From Selaginella moellendorffii (Eukaryota > Plantae > Lycopodiophyta): a stretch of DNA of 64,000 bases. Positions 51,601 through 63,110 of this stretch are shown here, one piece after another. Below the pieces are notes generated by a model. That model worked only from the letters and a program-made list of their open reading frames with translations, did no database searches and was not told where the DNA came from. Numbering within the stretch: the stretch's first letter is position 1; every line of letters begins with the position of its first letter. Both the position numbers and the translations under genes were made by a program. The DNA is taken from positions 2,716,603 to 2,780,602 of the forward strand of contig NW_003314262.1 of assembly GCF_000143415.4 (NCBI RefSeq), given 5' to 3'.

Positions 51601-54030
51601 TTATCCATGTTAGATTATATGGTGATTAGAAAGTTTGTGAAAGGAGAAGCCTTGGTAAGCTAAGGGACAGAGTTCCTTCAAGGTTCCCAAAGACAACTCT
51701 AGGTAGCTTAGTACCTAGAAAAGCAAGTGTAAATGGTTCATAGAACGCGCGAAATCAGAGTGGCACAGCAGAAGTGTAGTTTTGAAGCTTACCGTAAAGT
51801 AAAGCTATTAAGGTTAGGGAAGTAGTTCCCGAGTGTTCAAGGGGATGGCTTTGAATGGAAATCAATGGTCAAGGACTTTCACACTTATGCATAAGCCATG
51901 TTACGGTGGTCGGATGACTTGCTAAGTGAGATTGGTAAGTTGGGGGAATAAATCCCCTAGTTGAAGGTGCTAACTTCAAAAGGGGTGGCTCATGGGACCA
52001 AGCATGGAGGAGTCCATGCATGATCACAAACTTGTCAAGTGAGAGGATTTGGCAATGCGGAGGAACTAAGTTCCTAAGTTGTGATCTATAACGCGCTTTG
52101 AGTATAAGTTGGTGCACCATCATGGGGAGTCATCCTGTGTGATGCCGTCTGTAGATGCATATACGGAGGTTGGGTTCGAGTCCCAACCCTCTAGTGTTTG
52201 GGTTCGAGTCCCAAATCACTAGGGCATGGTGATGGTTTGGAATATGAGGACACTCATTTTTTGATGATCATAGACTCTCAGTAAGGAAACTAGTTTGGGC
52301 ACACTGCCAAGCAAGGGATGTCTTGGAGTTGTGATACATAATTAGATTGCCTAGTGTGAAAGCTCGGCATATTTAACTTGAACACTTTGGTGCAAAGTAG
52401 CACCAAGGTCGTAATGAATGAGATGGGGACACTCAGTCTCAATTGCTATGGATCCTTGGTTGGAAGAGCTGGCTTGGGTGCACTGCCAAGTGTGGGGGAT
52501 GCCCCCAGGGTCATAGTCAACATTTTAAAAGGTCTGGAAGATTAATTCCTATTGGTATACCTGTTAAGGGGTCAAGATGAGATCACTAGGTGATCTTGTG
52601 GCTAAACAAGAATAAAGTCTTTGTTTGGGTTAAGGAATATGATTCTTAGTTCAAAGTGTTGACTTGAACTATTGATGATGGTGTAGCTTGGTTAAGGTGA
52701 CCAAGTGGGAAAGACACCTAAAGGGAAATCAATTGTGCTGAAAAAATGGTATAATAAATCCAAGAAAGTAATCTCTAGGAAAGACCCATAGAAGGGTCGC
52801 AAAGTTGAGCCGTAGACGGAGCCCGTAACAAAAAATGCTAAAGAGACCTACTAGGGGTGAACACCCTTTGGACTCGGCAAAGTAGAGCCTTTGCCATGGA
52901 ACCAAAAGGATACCTCAAGAATGGAGGTAGTGATTCTATGTTGTTTGGTGCAACAATTAATGGATAGGAGCAAAACACTAGTGGCCAAGTGTGGGCCATG
53001 GAATTCATTGGAAGGAATCCAAATGGCAAAGTTAAGTGAGAAACATTAATGTGTTGAATGTTAACGGATTGTGGGAAAGGAAGTGTGTTTCCAAGAATGG
53101 ATTCCCAAATGCTCCAATTTGGCAAAGGTGAAAGCTCCAAGGGAGGGAGTGGCAAGGTAACCAAATGATAGGGTTGTGGACAGCCCTAGCACAACTTATG
53201 ATAATTGAAATTTAGTGCTAAATGTGGCACGAAATAAAAAAGAGGAGGATGGTGCCCTCAAGTAGAGAACTTCTTAGGATGGGGAAGTGGAGTTTGCACA
53301 ATAAGTGCAATGAAAGGTGTCGGAGACACTTAAGAATTTGATTTCGAGAAGTTAAAAACTAAAAGTTCCAAAGAGGAATGGTTATATTGATAGAAGTTAA
53401 GACTACTCGAGAATGAGTAGTGGGATTGAGATAGAGAAGGTGTCTCTAATAGGTTTAACAAGAGTTAAACTAATAAAAGGGAAAGAACCACCCCAAGTGG
53501 TAAATCGAGTCTCTATATTAGAGAGACTATGCTCCTTAAAGGATGGACAAGGTAGGGTGAGCCTTCAATGTCTGACCCTTGATGAATATTGGCTAAGTGC
53601 CAAGGATGGGAAGGGTAATACATGCTGGTATTACTTTATAAAATAGTTTATCCTTTGATGAGGACATCAAACTTTGTCTATTGGTGGTGGAGTTGTGAGA
53701 CACAAATCCCTAAGCCCCAAAATGGAGCCGAAAGGAGCCACGTGGTAGTGGCCGAAGCGAAAGCCAAACGAGTGTAACATGTTGGACTAAAAGCTTTGAC
53801 TTGAAAGATCGAGAGCAGGAGTGGAACACCCAATGAAATGCTCGAGGAATAAGCATGAAACGAGCAATAGGTGAGTCTCTAGAAAATGGATACAAGAGGA
53901 CCAACACATGACACATGGAAGTGTCTGAGATGGACCCGAGATGGAGTCTGAGATAGATTGAGATGGAGTCCAAAATGGAGTCTGAAATGGACCTAAGATG
54001 GAGTCCGAGATGGACCCGAGATAAAGTCTG

Positions 54031-54929
54031 TGTAGTGACCTTATCTCTCTCCCCTTAAGCCAACTGGAAAAGGGGCAATTACTTGATGAAAGAGCCCTTA
54101 GTGGCTATTTTATCCCTATTTATTCCTCAAGGTTCCAAGGATCCACAGTGACATTATATCCAAATCTCATCCCATGATCACATGCATTACACTCACCCCC
54201 CCTTCAGAGTGTTAATGTCCTAATTGACTATTGAGTAACAACCCCTACTGAGCCAAGAAGAACCAGCACCTCCATTTCTGCACTGAATCTACCAATCCTT
54301 CTATTGTGTAGACCAGCTATTCCATGTGAGGCAACTACTCATCCACCCGTACCGCAGTCCCACGGTGGATACTTTCGTCCGTGGATACTCCACATAAAAG
54401 GAAGGACGTACGCATGGATGCCCAATACGTATGATTTCAAATTTAGAGGTAGGAATATACCTTGCTCAAGGGTATATTATATTTTAAGTAGCCACTAATC
54501 AATAGGAATCGAACCCGTACCAATCCTTCTATTGTGTAGACCAGCTATTCCATGTGAGGCAACTACTCATCCACCCGTACCGCAGTCCCACGGTGGATAC
54601 TTTCGTCCGTGGATACTCCACATAAAAGGAAGGACGTACGCATGGATGCCCAATACGTATGATTTCAAATTTAGAGGTAGGAATATACCTTGCTCAAGGG
54701 TATATTATATTTTAAGTAGCCACTAATCAATAGGAATCGAACCCGTGCTATTTGCTCCGATATCAACTGTAACACACTTTATCTCTCTCCCCTTAAGCCA
54801 ACTAGAAAAGGGGCAATTGCTTGATGAGAGAGCCCTTAGTGGCTATTTTATCCCCATTTATTCCCCAAGGTTCCAAGGATCCACGGTGACAGTATATCCA
54901 AATCTCATCCCATGATCACATGCGCTACA
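54031..54929 (-). mobile_element. Second TRIM family nested in the family B 3' LTR
   Basis: ~161-bp LTRs at 54031-54191 and 54768-54929 (TGTA...TACA); perfect TSD GTCTG; Met-like PBS TGATATCGGAGC; PPT GAAGGGGGGGTGAG; internal 228-bp tandem duplication at 54290-54746. Confidence 0.9.
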
Positions 54930-55184
54930 GTCTGAGATAGACCCGAGATGGAGTCCGAGATGGATCGAGACCAGAACCAAGACTGAGGCCGAGACCGAGG
55001 CCAAGACTGAGGCCAAGACCAAGTCCAAGTCCGAGTCCGAGTCCAAGTCCAAGGGTGAAAGCTCAAAGCGTTCGTTTCCCAGACCCTAGGGGGTTTGGTG
55101 AGCTCCAAAAGTATAGTAGGGGGAGGACTCCAGTGGAGCCAGTTTGGCTAGAAAAGGCCAATTTATACACTCCACTCCTAAAAG

Positions 55185-57252
55185 TCCACTCCTTAACATC
55201 CTTAAGATGCCCACAGACATAGGGAATAGCCTTCCCCAATATCCCTTTTATAATTCCCACCAAGTCCCTTTTTTGTCCATGGCCGTGTTCGCCAACACTG
55301 TCACTAGATCAAGGCCCACAAGCCCGACCACTAAGTCCCATTGTCCTCTGGGACTTCTTCACCACATGACCATATCATTGGTCACTACAATAGAGGATCA
55401 CTCCTCTTCCCTTCCATACTCTAGGACTTTAGGACAACATTTTGGAACACCATGGCTCTACGCAAGCCTCATAGGTACTCTCCCCACCTTCCGCCTTTTG
55501 GTACTCTAGCTGTGGGCTTAGAGCGAGGTTTCATTGAGCGACGCTAGGTATCCAAGTAGGTAGTGCCACCCACACTTGGACTGGGAGCATCGACCATTCG
55601 ATCTCCCAGGGGAACTAAACCCGACTCTTGAACACTTCACCAAGCTACCCCACTTGTCGGTCTGTATTCACTCTAACCTTGGACTTCCTAATGGTTATCC
55701 CAGCACCCAACACCTGGGTACAACCTTCCTGGGCCAAATTGGCCTTTCCTGGCTAAACTAGCTCCACTGGAGTCCTCCCCCTGCTATACTTTTGGAGCTC
55801 ACCAAACCCCCCAGGGTCTGGGAGACGAATGCTTTGGGCTTTCACCCTCGGACTCGAACTCAGACTCAGACTCGGACTCGGACTTGGGCTCGGGCTTGGT
55901 CTCGACATCAATCTCGGTCCCGGTCCCGGTCCCAGTCTCGATCTCGATCTCAGTCTCGGTCTCAGTCTCACTCTCGACCTCGGACTCCATCTCGGGTCCT
56001 TCTCGGACTCCATCTCGAATTCCATCTCGGGTCGATCTCGGACTCCATCTCCGGTCCATCTTGGACTCCATCTCAGGTCCATCTTGGGTCCATCTCGGAC
56101 TCCATCTCAGACTCCATCTCGGTCCATCTCGGACTCCATCTTGGGTCCATCTAGGACTCCATCTCGGTCCATCTCAGACTCCATCTCAGGTCCATCTCAG
56201 ACTCCATCTTGGTCCATCTCGGACTCCATCTTGGACTCCATCTCGGATCCATCTCGGGTCCATCTTGGACTCCATCATGTATCATGTGTTGGTCCTCTTA
56301 TGTCCTTTTCTAAAGACTCTCTTATTGCTCGCTTCATGCTTATTCCTTGAGCACTCCATCGGGAGTTCCACTCCCACTCTCGACTATTCAAGTCAGAACT
56401 TTTAGTCCAAACATGTTACGCTTGTTTGGCTTTTTCTTTGGCCACTACCATGTGGCATCCTTTCAGCTCCTCTTTAAGGTCTAGGGATTTTTATGTTTCA
56501 CAACTCCACCACCCATAGACGAAGTTTGATGTCCTCATCGAACGATAAACCCTTTTATAAAGTAACACCAACATGCATTACTCTTTCCATCCTTGGCACC
56601 CAACCAATATTTGTCAATGGTTTAACACCATAGGCTCATCATGCCTTATCCATCCTCTAAGGGCTTACCATCTTTGCAAGTGTTAGTCCAACACTTGATT
56701 ATTTTTTGTTCTCTGTGGGCTAACCACCTTTGCCCCTTAGGACTATCTATTTCTATGATGAGAATACCAACTCATCCTCTAAGTACAACCCTAACTCCTT
56801 AGGTTCGTTCTAGCATTTACAAAAGGTAGCGCCAGCTACCATTTCAAGGACTCCTATCCTCATTTGTATTTAACTTCTCATGGTCACTAATTCCGGTCTC
56901 AAATTCATGAGCATCAGCCTCAACTACATGAGGATAATTTTGTGACTTCTTTATTGTTTTGGAGTCCCTATCATTCCCGTGATCCCAACTATAGTTGTTT
57001 ACCACAACTACATTAGCCAATTTGCTAAGTTAAACGCTCATCTGGATCATATCCTCAACTTTCTGATATGAATTGTAGTGGAGAGCCATGTCTTCCCGAC
57101 CTGCTACTGTTCAAGGATAGGGCCAGTCTTAGGACCTTCCAATGTCAACACAAGTGGTGATATACTTGAGCACTTATGACTTTCGCTTCGGGCACTACCA
57201 TATGGCACCCTTTCGGCTCCTCTTTGGGGCCTAGGGATTGTTATGTCTCACA
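55185..57252 (-). mobile_element. Internally deleted family B element in opposite orientation
   Basis: LTR part to 56502 (...TTTCACA), PPT complement ACTCCACCACC, fused pieces matching 53400-53690 and 49680-50130, and the terminal ~70 bp of an LTR ending GTCTCACA at 57252. Confidence 0.78.
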
Positions 57253-60200
57253 GCACCCTTGCTGCTCCGAGTACCACTTGGCTTACAAAGGAATGATACA
57301 TCCCTGCCTATAGGGACACAGGGAGAAAGCCAGAGGCCCAACTTCCCTTGAGCAAGAAATCAACCCTGTTGGAAAGATTTAGATAATTATTATAAACTAG
57401 CAAATTAAGTTGTTTACACGACCACGCCCCTTTTCAAAAATGAGCTAGTGAGAGAGAGGTGGAGACTTGTGATCAGTCTATAATAGTTATCCCCATGGTT
57501 ACAGATTGGACCCATGCACTGAAGTGCCAAAGTCAATCTGCCAAAACTGACCCAAGTACTAACGAATGAGAGAGACGAAACTTTGATTTATAGAAATATA
57601 ATACTTTATTGATTTGCAAGATTTATGACAAAGTTTACAAAAGCTAGGCTTTATTGCTATTCTCATACTCCGTGACAAGCTCACAAGCATGTGTAAGACT
57701 ACTAAGAGGTTCCCAAGTTGATTCACAAACCAAGTAACCTTTCCACTTAATTAGGTATTCCTTGGAATGACCACCACATTTCCAGCGACATGATAGAATG
57801 CTTTCAACTTCATATTCAAGTTCACCATCCACAACTTTTGGCAGTGGACGAATCTCCCCTTGACATGTAATATCCATAGTGTAAGGAGCCAATTGATTGG
57901 CATGAAATACATTATGGACATTGTACATCTTTGCAAGCAAATCCAACCGATAGGATACATCACCAATTCATTTCAACACTCGATAAGGTCCAATATATCT
58001 CGGTAATAGCTTTCGAAATAAAGATCCCTTAATGTTCAAGTTCTAGGAAAATAGCCACACTTGATCTCCCACTTGATAGGATACATCCCAACGATACTGA
58101 TCCTTATCATGTCAATACCTATCCTGAGCTTTGCCCATCGCCTCAGTAGCTCTAGACCAACCTTGGCGTAGCTGCTCCACATAAGTCTCAACGGCCAGAA
58201 CCAACACTTCAGACATTGGTTTTGGTATAACAATCTGTTAAGGCACTCCACGAGCACTCCCTTGCAGCATCTCCCATGGAGAATAGCCAATAGTGCTGTG
58301 AAATATGTTGTTATAACAGATTTTTGTAGTATCCAAATGTTGAACCCAGTCACGTTGGTATGCCACGATATAGTACCGCAGATAATCCTCAACTTGAGCA
58401 TTCACGCATTCGGTCTGCCCATTAATTTGAGGATGATAAGCTGTACTAAACTCCAATTTGGTACCAAACAGCTGGAACAGTGTGCCCTAAAACTTCCCCG
58501 TAAACCTCAAATCTCTATCTGAGATCATCTCTACCATGACATAGTATCGCAGATAATCCTCAACTTGAGCATTCACGTGTTCAGTTTGCCCATTAATTTA
58601 AGGATGATAAGCCATACTAAACTCCAATTTGGTACCAAACAGCTGGAACAGTGTGCCCTAAAACTTCCCCGTAAACCTCAAATCTCTATTTGAGATTATC
58701 TCTTTGGGAAGACTACGAACCCTACACTACTTCATGGAAAAAGAGTTTTGCTGCTTGCTTCGCATTCACTATTTCCACAATTGGAATGAAGTGTGCAATC
58801 TTTGACAACTGATCCACAATGACCATCAAAGTATCATAACCCTGAGGTTTTGGCAAGCAAGTGACGAAATCAAGTGTCACACTTTGAAATGGCCATGCCA
58901 GTGCTGGAATGCATTGCAACTTTCCAGCTTGTTTCTCAGTTCTATGCTTACATTGCTAGCATATAGAACAGGAACGGACATAGTCTACTTTATCACCTTC
59001 CATACCAGACTAGAAAATTCCCTTTTTCAATGAAGCCAGAGTCTTTTTCTTTTCACCATGTCCTACTGCCGGAACATCATGATGTTCCTTCAGAAACAAC
59101 TGCTGCAAATCCTTAGAGGGAAGATATAATCTTTCTTGCTTATAGAATATAAGCCCATCCTGAACTGAGTAGTGAAGCTTCACATTTGTTTGACTAGCAA
59201 CTTTCACTGCTTTGCTACCATGGTTCTGCTTCGAGAACTCCGTATATCATAAAATTGCCTTTGCCAACAAATCATTTCCATACGAAGCCCGAATGTCCTC
59301 CAACCAGTCTAAACTAATTGCCAATATTTCCTGGAATTGAGCCCAACAACTCAATGCATCCGGAACAATATTGTCTTTACCAAGTTTATATATGATTTCA
59401 ATATCATATCTAGCAAGCTTCTCTTGCCAACGAGCCTGTTTCAACGTAAGCTTAGGCTGCATAGCAAAGTAGCTTAGTGTGTTATTATCTGTATAAACCT
59501 TGGTGTGTCCATCCAAGTAGTGTCTCCAGTGTTCCAGTGCCAACACTATAGCAAACATCTCTTTCTCGTGCGTTGGCCATCTTCCTTGGGTTTCATCCAA
59601 TTTCTTGGAATAGAACGCAATGGGATAACCATGTTGCCTTAGCATAACACCAACTACTTTATCACAATCTTGCTGTAACACGGCACCTATAACATAGCCA
59701 GATGCATCACAATGCACATCAAAGGGTTTATCAAGATCTGGGATCCTGAGAATAGGAACTATACAAAAGCACACTGACAAGCTAGTGTCCAATGAAATAG
59801 TATACTACTCTTCGTTAACTCAGTCAACGGAAGAGCAATTCTTGCAAAATTGCGGACAAACTTGCAATAGTATCCTGCCAAACTGAGAAAGGAACGAACA
59901 TCTGATACAGTGGTCGGGACTTCCCAAGACCTCACCACTTCCACCTTCTTAGGATCTACCTCAATTACACCACCACTAACAATATGTTTAAGAAATCTTA
60001 TACACAATTGTCTAAAAGTGTATTTACTTTCCTTATCATATAGTTTGTATTCACATAACTTCTGAAACACCAGTTCCAAATGTTTCAAATGACCCTTCAA
60101 TGTTTCACTAAAAACTAAAACATCGTCGATATATAGGACAACAAATGTGTCCAAATAATCTTTGAATATTCTATCCATTATAGTGCTAAACGTTGCTAGA

Positions 60201-61159
60201 GCATTGCATAACCCAAACGGCATGACAAGGAACTTATAAGATCCATACCGAGTCTTAAAGGCTATCTTCTCCACATCCTGATTTGTCATCTGTATCTAAT
60301 GATACCCGGACCACAAATCAAGTCACATAAAATACTTAGTTTTTAAAAGTTGGTCAAACAAGTCATCAATGTGAGGCAAAGTATAATTGTTTTTTACCGT
60401 GATTTGTTGAGTGCCCGATAGTTAATACACATCCTCATGGTTCCATCCTTTTTTATAACAAAAAGGACCGATGCTCTATAAAGTGACTTGCTAGGTTAGA
60501 TATGACCTTTGTCAAGAAGCTCCGTGAGTTGCTTCTTGAGTTCAGCCATGTCCTTGATGTTCAAACGATATGGAGCTTTCATAAGTGGTTTAAAACCCAG
60601 AATAACCTCAATCCGATGATCAACCTTATGGCTAGGAAGTAGCCCTTGTGTCGTGAATGTGACTTCGGGTATTGAAAGTTATTTGTCGACTAGTCCTTAC
60701 GAACACTCTTTCCTTACTACCACGACGGCAAAAGGTTAGTATTGTTGAACCCGTTATCAGTCTCTGCCTGAGCTAGTTGAGAAACTGGTCTTTGCATGTG
60801 CACTTGACCAGATGAGCATAAGGACAGAATTCCTAAGTGCTATTAGTTAAGCATACTTGACCTGGTTAGAGAAACTCATTCGTTGACTTGCACTTGTTAG
60901 TGTTGGGAACCCCCGTGATATTGAGCTTGGTCCCTCAATATTCACTAAATGATAGTTTACTGTGTTTGCTAAACACCTTCGCTATCATGCACCTTGTGTT
61001 AGTACCTTTCGGTCCCAATTGCTATTTATGAAAAGTGTCTAGATTTGCTCATTTGATATATCTACGGAATGTAGAGATTGTCCTGAACAAAATAGTGTTT
61101 GTCCCGTGTCCAAATTTGCAATCTAAAGACATTCCATATTTAGTAAATTTTGAGTTAGT

Positions 61160-63110
61160 TGTAAGCGACTAAATTTTCCATTCTACTTTAGTCACTTAAC
61201 CACACCTCCGACCACTTGGAGGAGTCTCATTCACAACCTCCATCAGTCCAATTCAGGACTTGGGACTTGCTAGCCCCAAGAATGGCATCCATGCCACTCC
61301 ACACTTGCACCTGGTCCAAGTGCTCCACGTGTCCGGTCCTGAGACCGACACCCAAAGGTACCACTGACATCTCGGCCCGTTACGCTAAGGCCATGCCCAT
61401 TCACCTTTGCTGCACTAGTGGTTCAACACCACTTGCATCACCACCTCGTCTCTCCAAGACTGGGCCATGTGTCCACGAGTGGTCATCCTAGATCCACTCC
61501 TTAGCATCCTTAGGATGCCCACAGACTTGGGGAATTGCCTTCCCCAAAGTCCCTTTGTCAGTTCCTACCAAGTCCCTTTCTGCCCCTGGCCGTGTTTGCC
61601 AACACTGCCACTGGGTCGAGGCCCACAGGCCCGACCACTAAGTCCCACGGTCCTCTGGGACTTCCTCACCACATGACTGTGTCCTTGGTCACTACCCCAG
61701 AGGACTGCTCCTCTTCCTTTCCACAGTCTAGGCCTTTGGGACAACATTTCGGAACACCGTGGCCTTACGCGAGCCACCTGGGTACTCTCCCCACCTATCG
61801 CCTTTAGGTGCTCTAGCCATGGGCTTAGAGCGAGGTTCCGTTGAGCCACGCCTGGTATCCAAGTAGGTAGTGCCACCCACACTTGGACTGGGAGCATCGG
61901 CCAGTCGATCTCCCGGGGGAACTAGAGCCGGCTCTTGAACACTTCACCAAGCTACCCCGCTTGTCGGTCCGTGTTCACTCTAGTCTTGGACTTCCCAGTG
62001 GGCAGCTCATCACCCAACACTGGGTCTGGCCTTCCTGGGCCAAACTGGCCTTTCCTGGCCAAACTGGCTCCACTGCAGTCCTCCCCCTTACTATACTTTT
62101 GGGGCTCACCAAACCCCCCAGGGTCTGGGAGACGAACGCTTTGGGCTTTCACCCTCTCAGACTCCGGACTCGGACTCGGACTCGGACTCGGACTCGGACT
62201 CGGACTCGGACTCGGACTTGGATTCGGACTCGGACTCGGGCTCGGGCTCGGGCTCGATCTCGGCCTCGGCCTCGGTCTCGGTCTCGGTCCCAATCTCGGT
62301 CTCGGTCTCGGTCTCGGTCCCGGTCTCGGTCCTGGTCTCGGTCTCGACTTCGGACTCCATCTCGGACTCCATCTCGGACTCCGTCTCGGGTCCATCTCGG
62401 GTCCATCTCGGACTCCATCTCGGACTCCATCTCGGACTCCATCTCGGACTCCATTTCGGGTCCATCTCGGGTCCACCTCGGACTCCATCTCGGACTCCAT
62501 CTCGGACTCCATCTCGGACTCCATTTCGGGTCCATCTCGGGTCCACCTCGGACTCCATCTCGGACTCCATCTCGGACTCCATCTCGAGTCCATCTCGGAC
62601 TCCATCTCGGACTCCGTCTCGGGTCCATCTCGGGCAGGCTCTACCTTCCATCTCGGACTCCATCTCGGACTCCATCTCGGACTCCATTTCGGGTCCATCT
62701 CGGGTCCACCTCGGACTCCATCTCAGACTCCATCTCGGACTCCATCTCGAGTCCATCTCGGACTCCACTTCGGACTCCAACTCGGGTCCATCTCGGGTCC
62801 ACCTCGGACTCCACTTCGGACTCCAACTCGGGTCCATCTCGGACCCCACTTCGGACTCCAACTCGAGTCCATCTCGGACACTCCCACGTGTCATGTGTTG
62901 GTCCTTTTGGGTCCCTTTTTGGAGCCTCGCCTTTTGCTCGCTTCGTGCTCGTTCCTCGAGCACTTCGTTGGGAGTTCCACTCCCGCTCTTGACTTTTCAA
63001 GTCGGAGCTTTTCGTCCAAACGTGTTACGCTCGTTTGGCTCTCGCTTCGGCCACTACCATGTGGCGCCCTTCCGGCTCCACTTTGGGGCCTAGGGATTTT
63101 GTGTCTCACA
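61160..63110 (-). mobile_element. Young solo LTR, family B (1951 bp)
   Basis: TGTAAGCGAC...GTCTCACA with a perfect TSD TTAGT (61155-61159 and 63111-63115); retains CpGs that are TpG/CpA in the other B copies. Confidence 0.93.
62158..62880 (+). repeat. Homogeneous LTR-B tandem arrays (GGACTC)n, (GGGCTC)n, (GGTCTC)n and (GGACTCCATCTC)n/(GGGTCCATCTC)n
   Basis: Directly visible. Confidence 0.95.

Larger units (their letters stand above)
47911..55164 (+). mobile_element. Family B LTR retrotransposon: 5' LTR 47911-49638, decayed interior, truncated 3' LTR from 53694
   Basis: TGTGAGACAC...CACTTACA; PBS TGGTATTAGA at 49642-49651; PPT TGGTGGTGGAGT at 53682-53693; the second LTR starts identically. 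Confidence 0.82.

Noticed and set aside
52166-52222. tRNA genes
   Set aside because: Only T-arm-like hairpins; no acceptor, D or anticodon arms.
54304-54726. Two identical 64-aa ORFs
   Set aside because: They are a by-product of the 228-bp duplication inside a non-coding TRIM and start at TTG.
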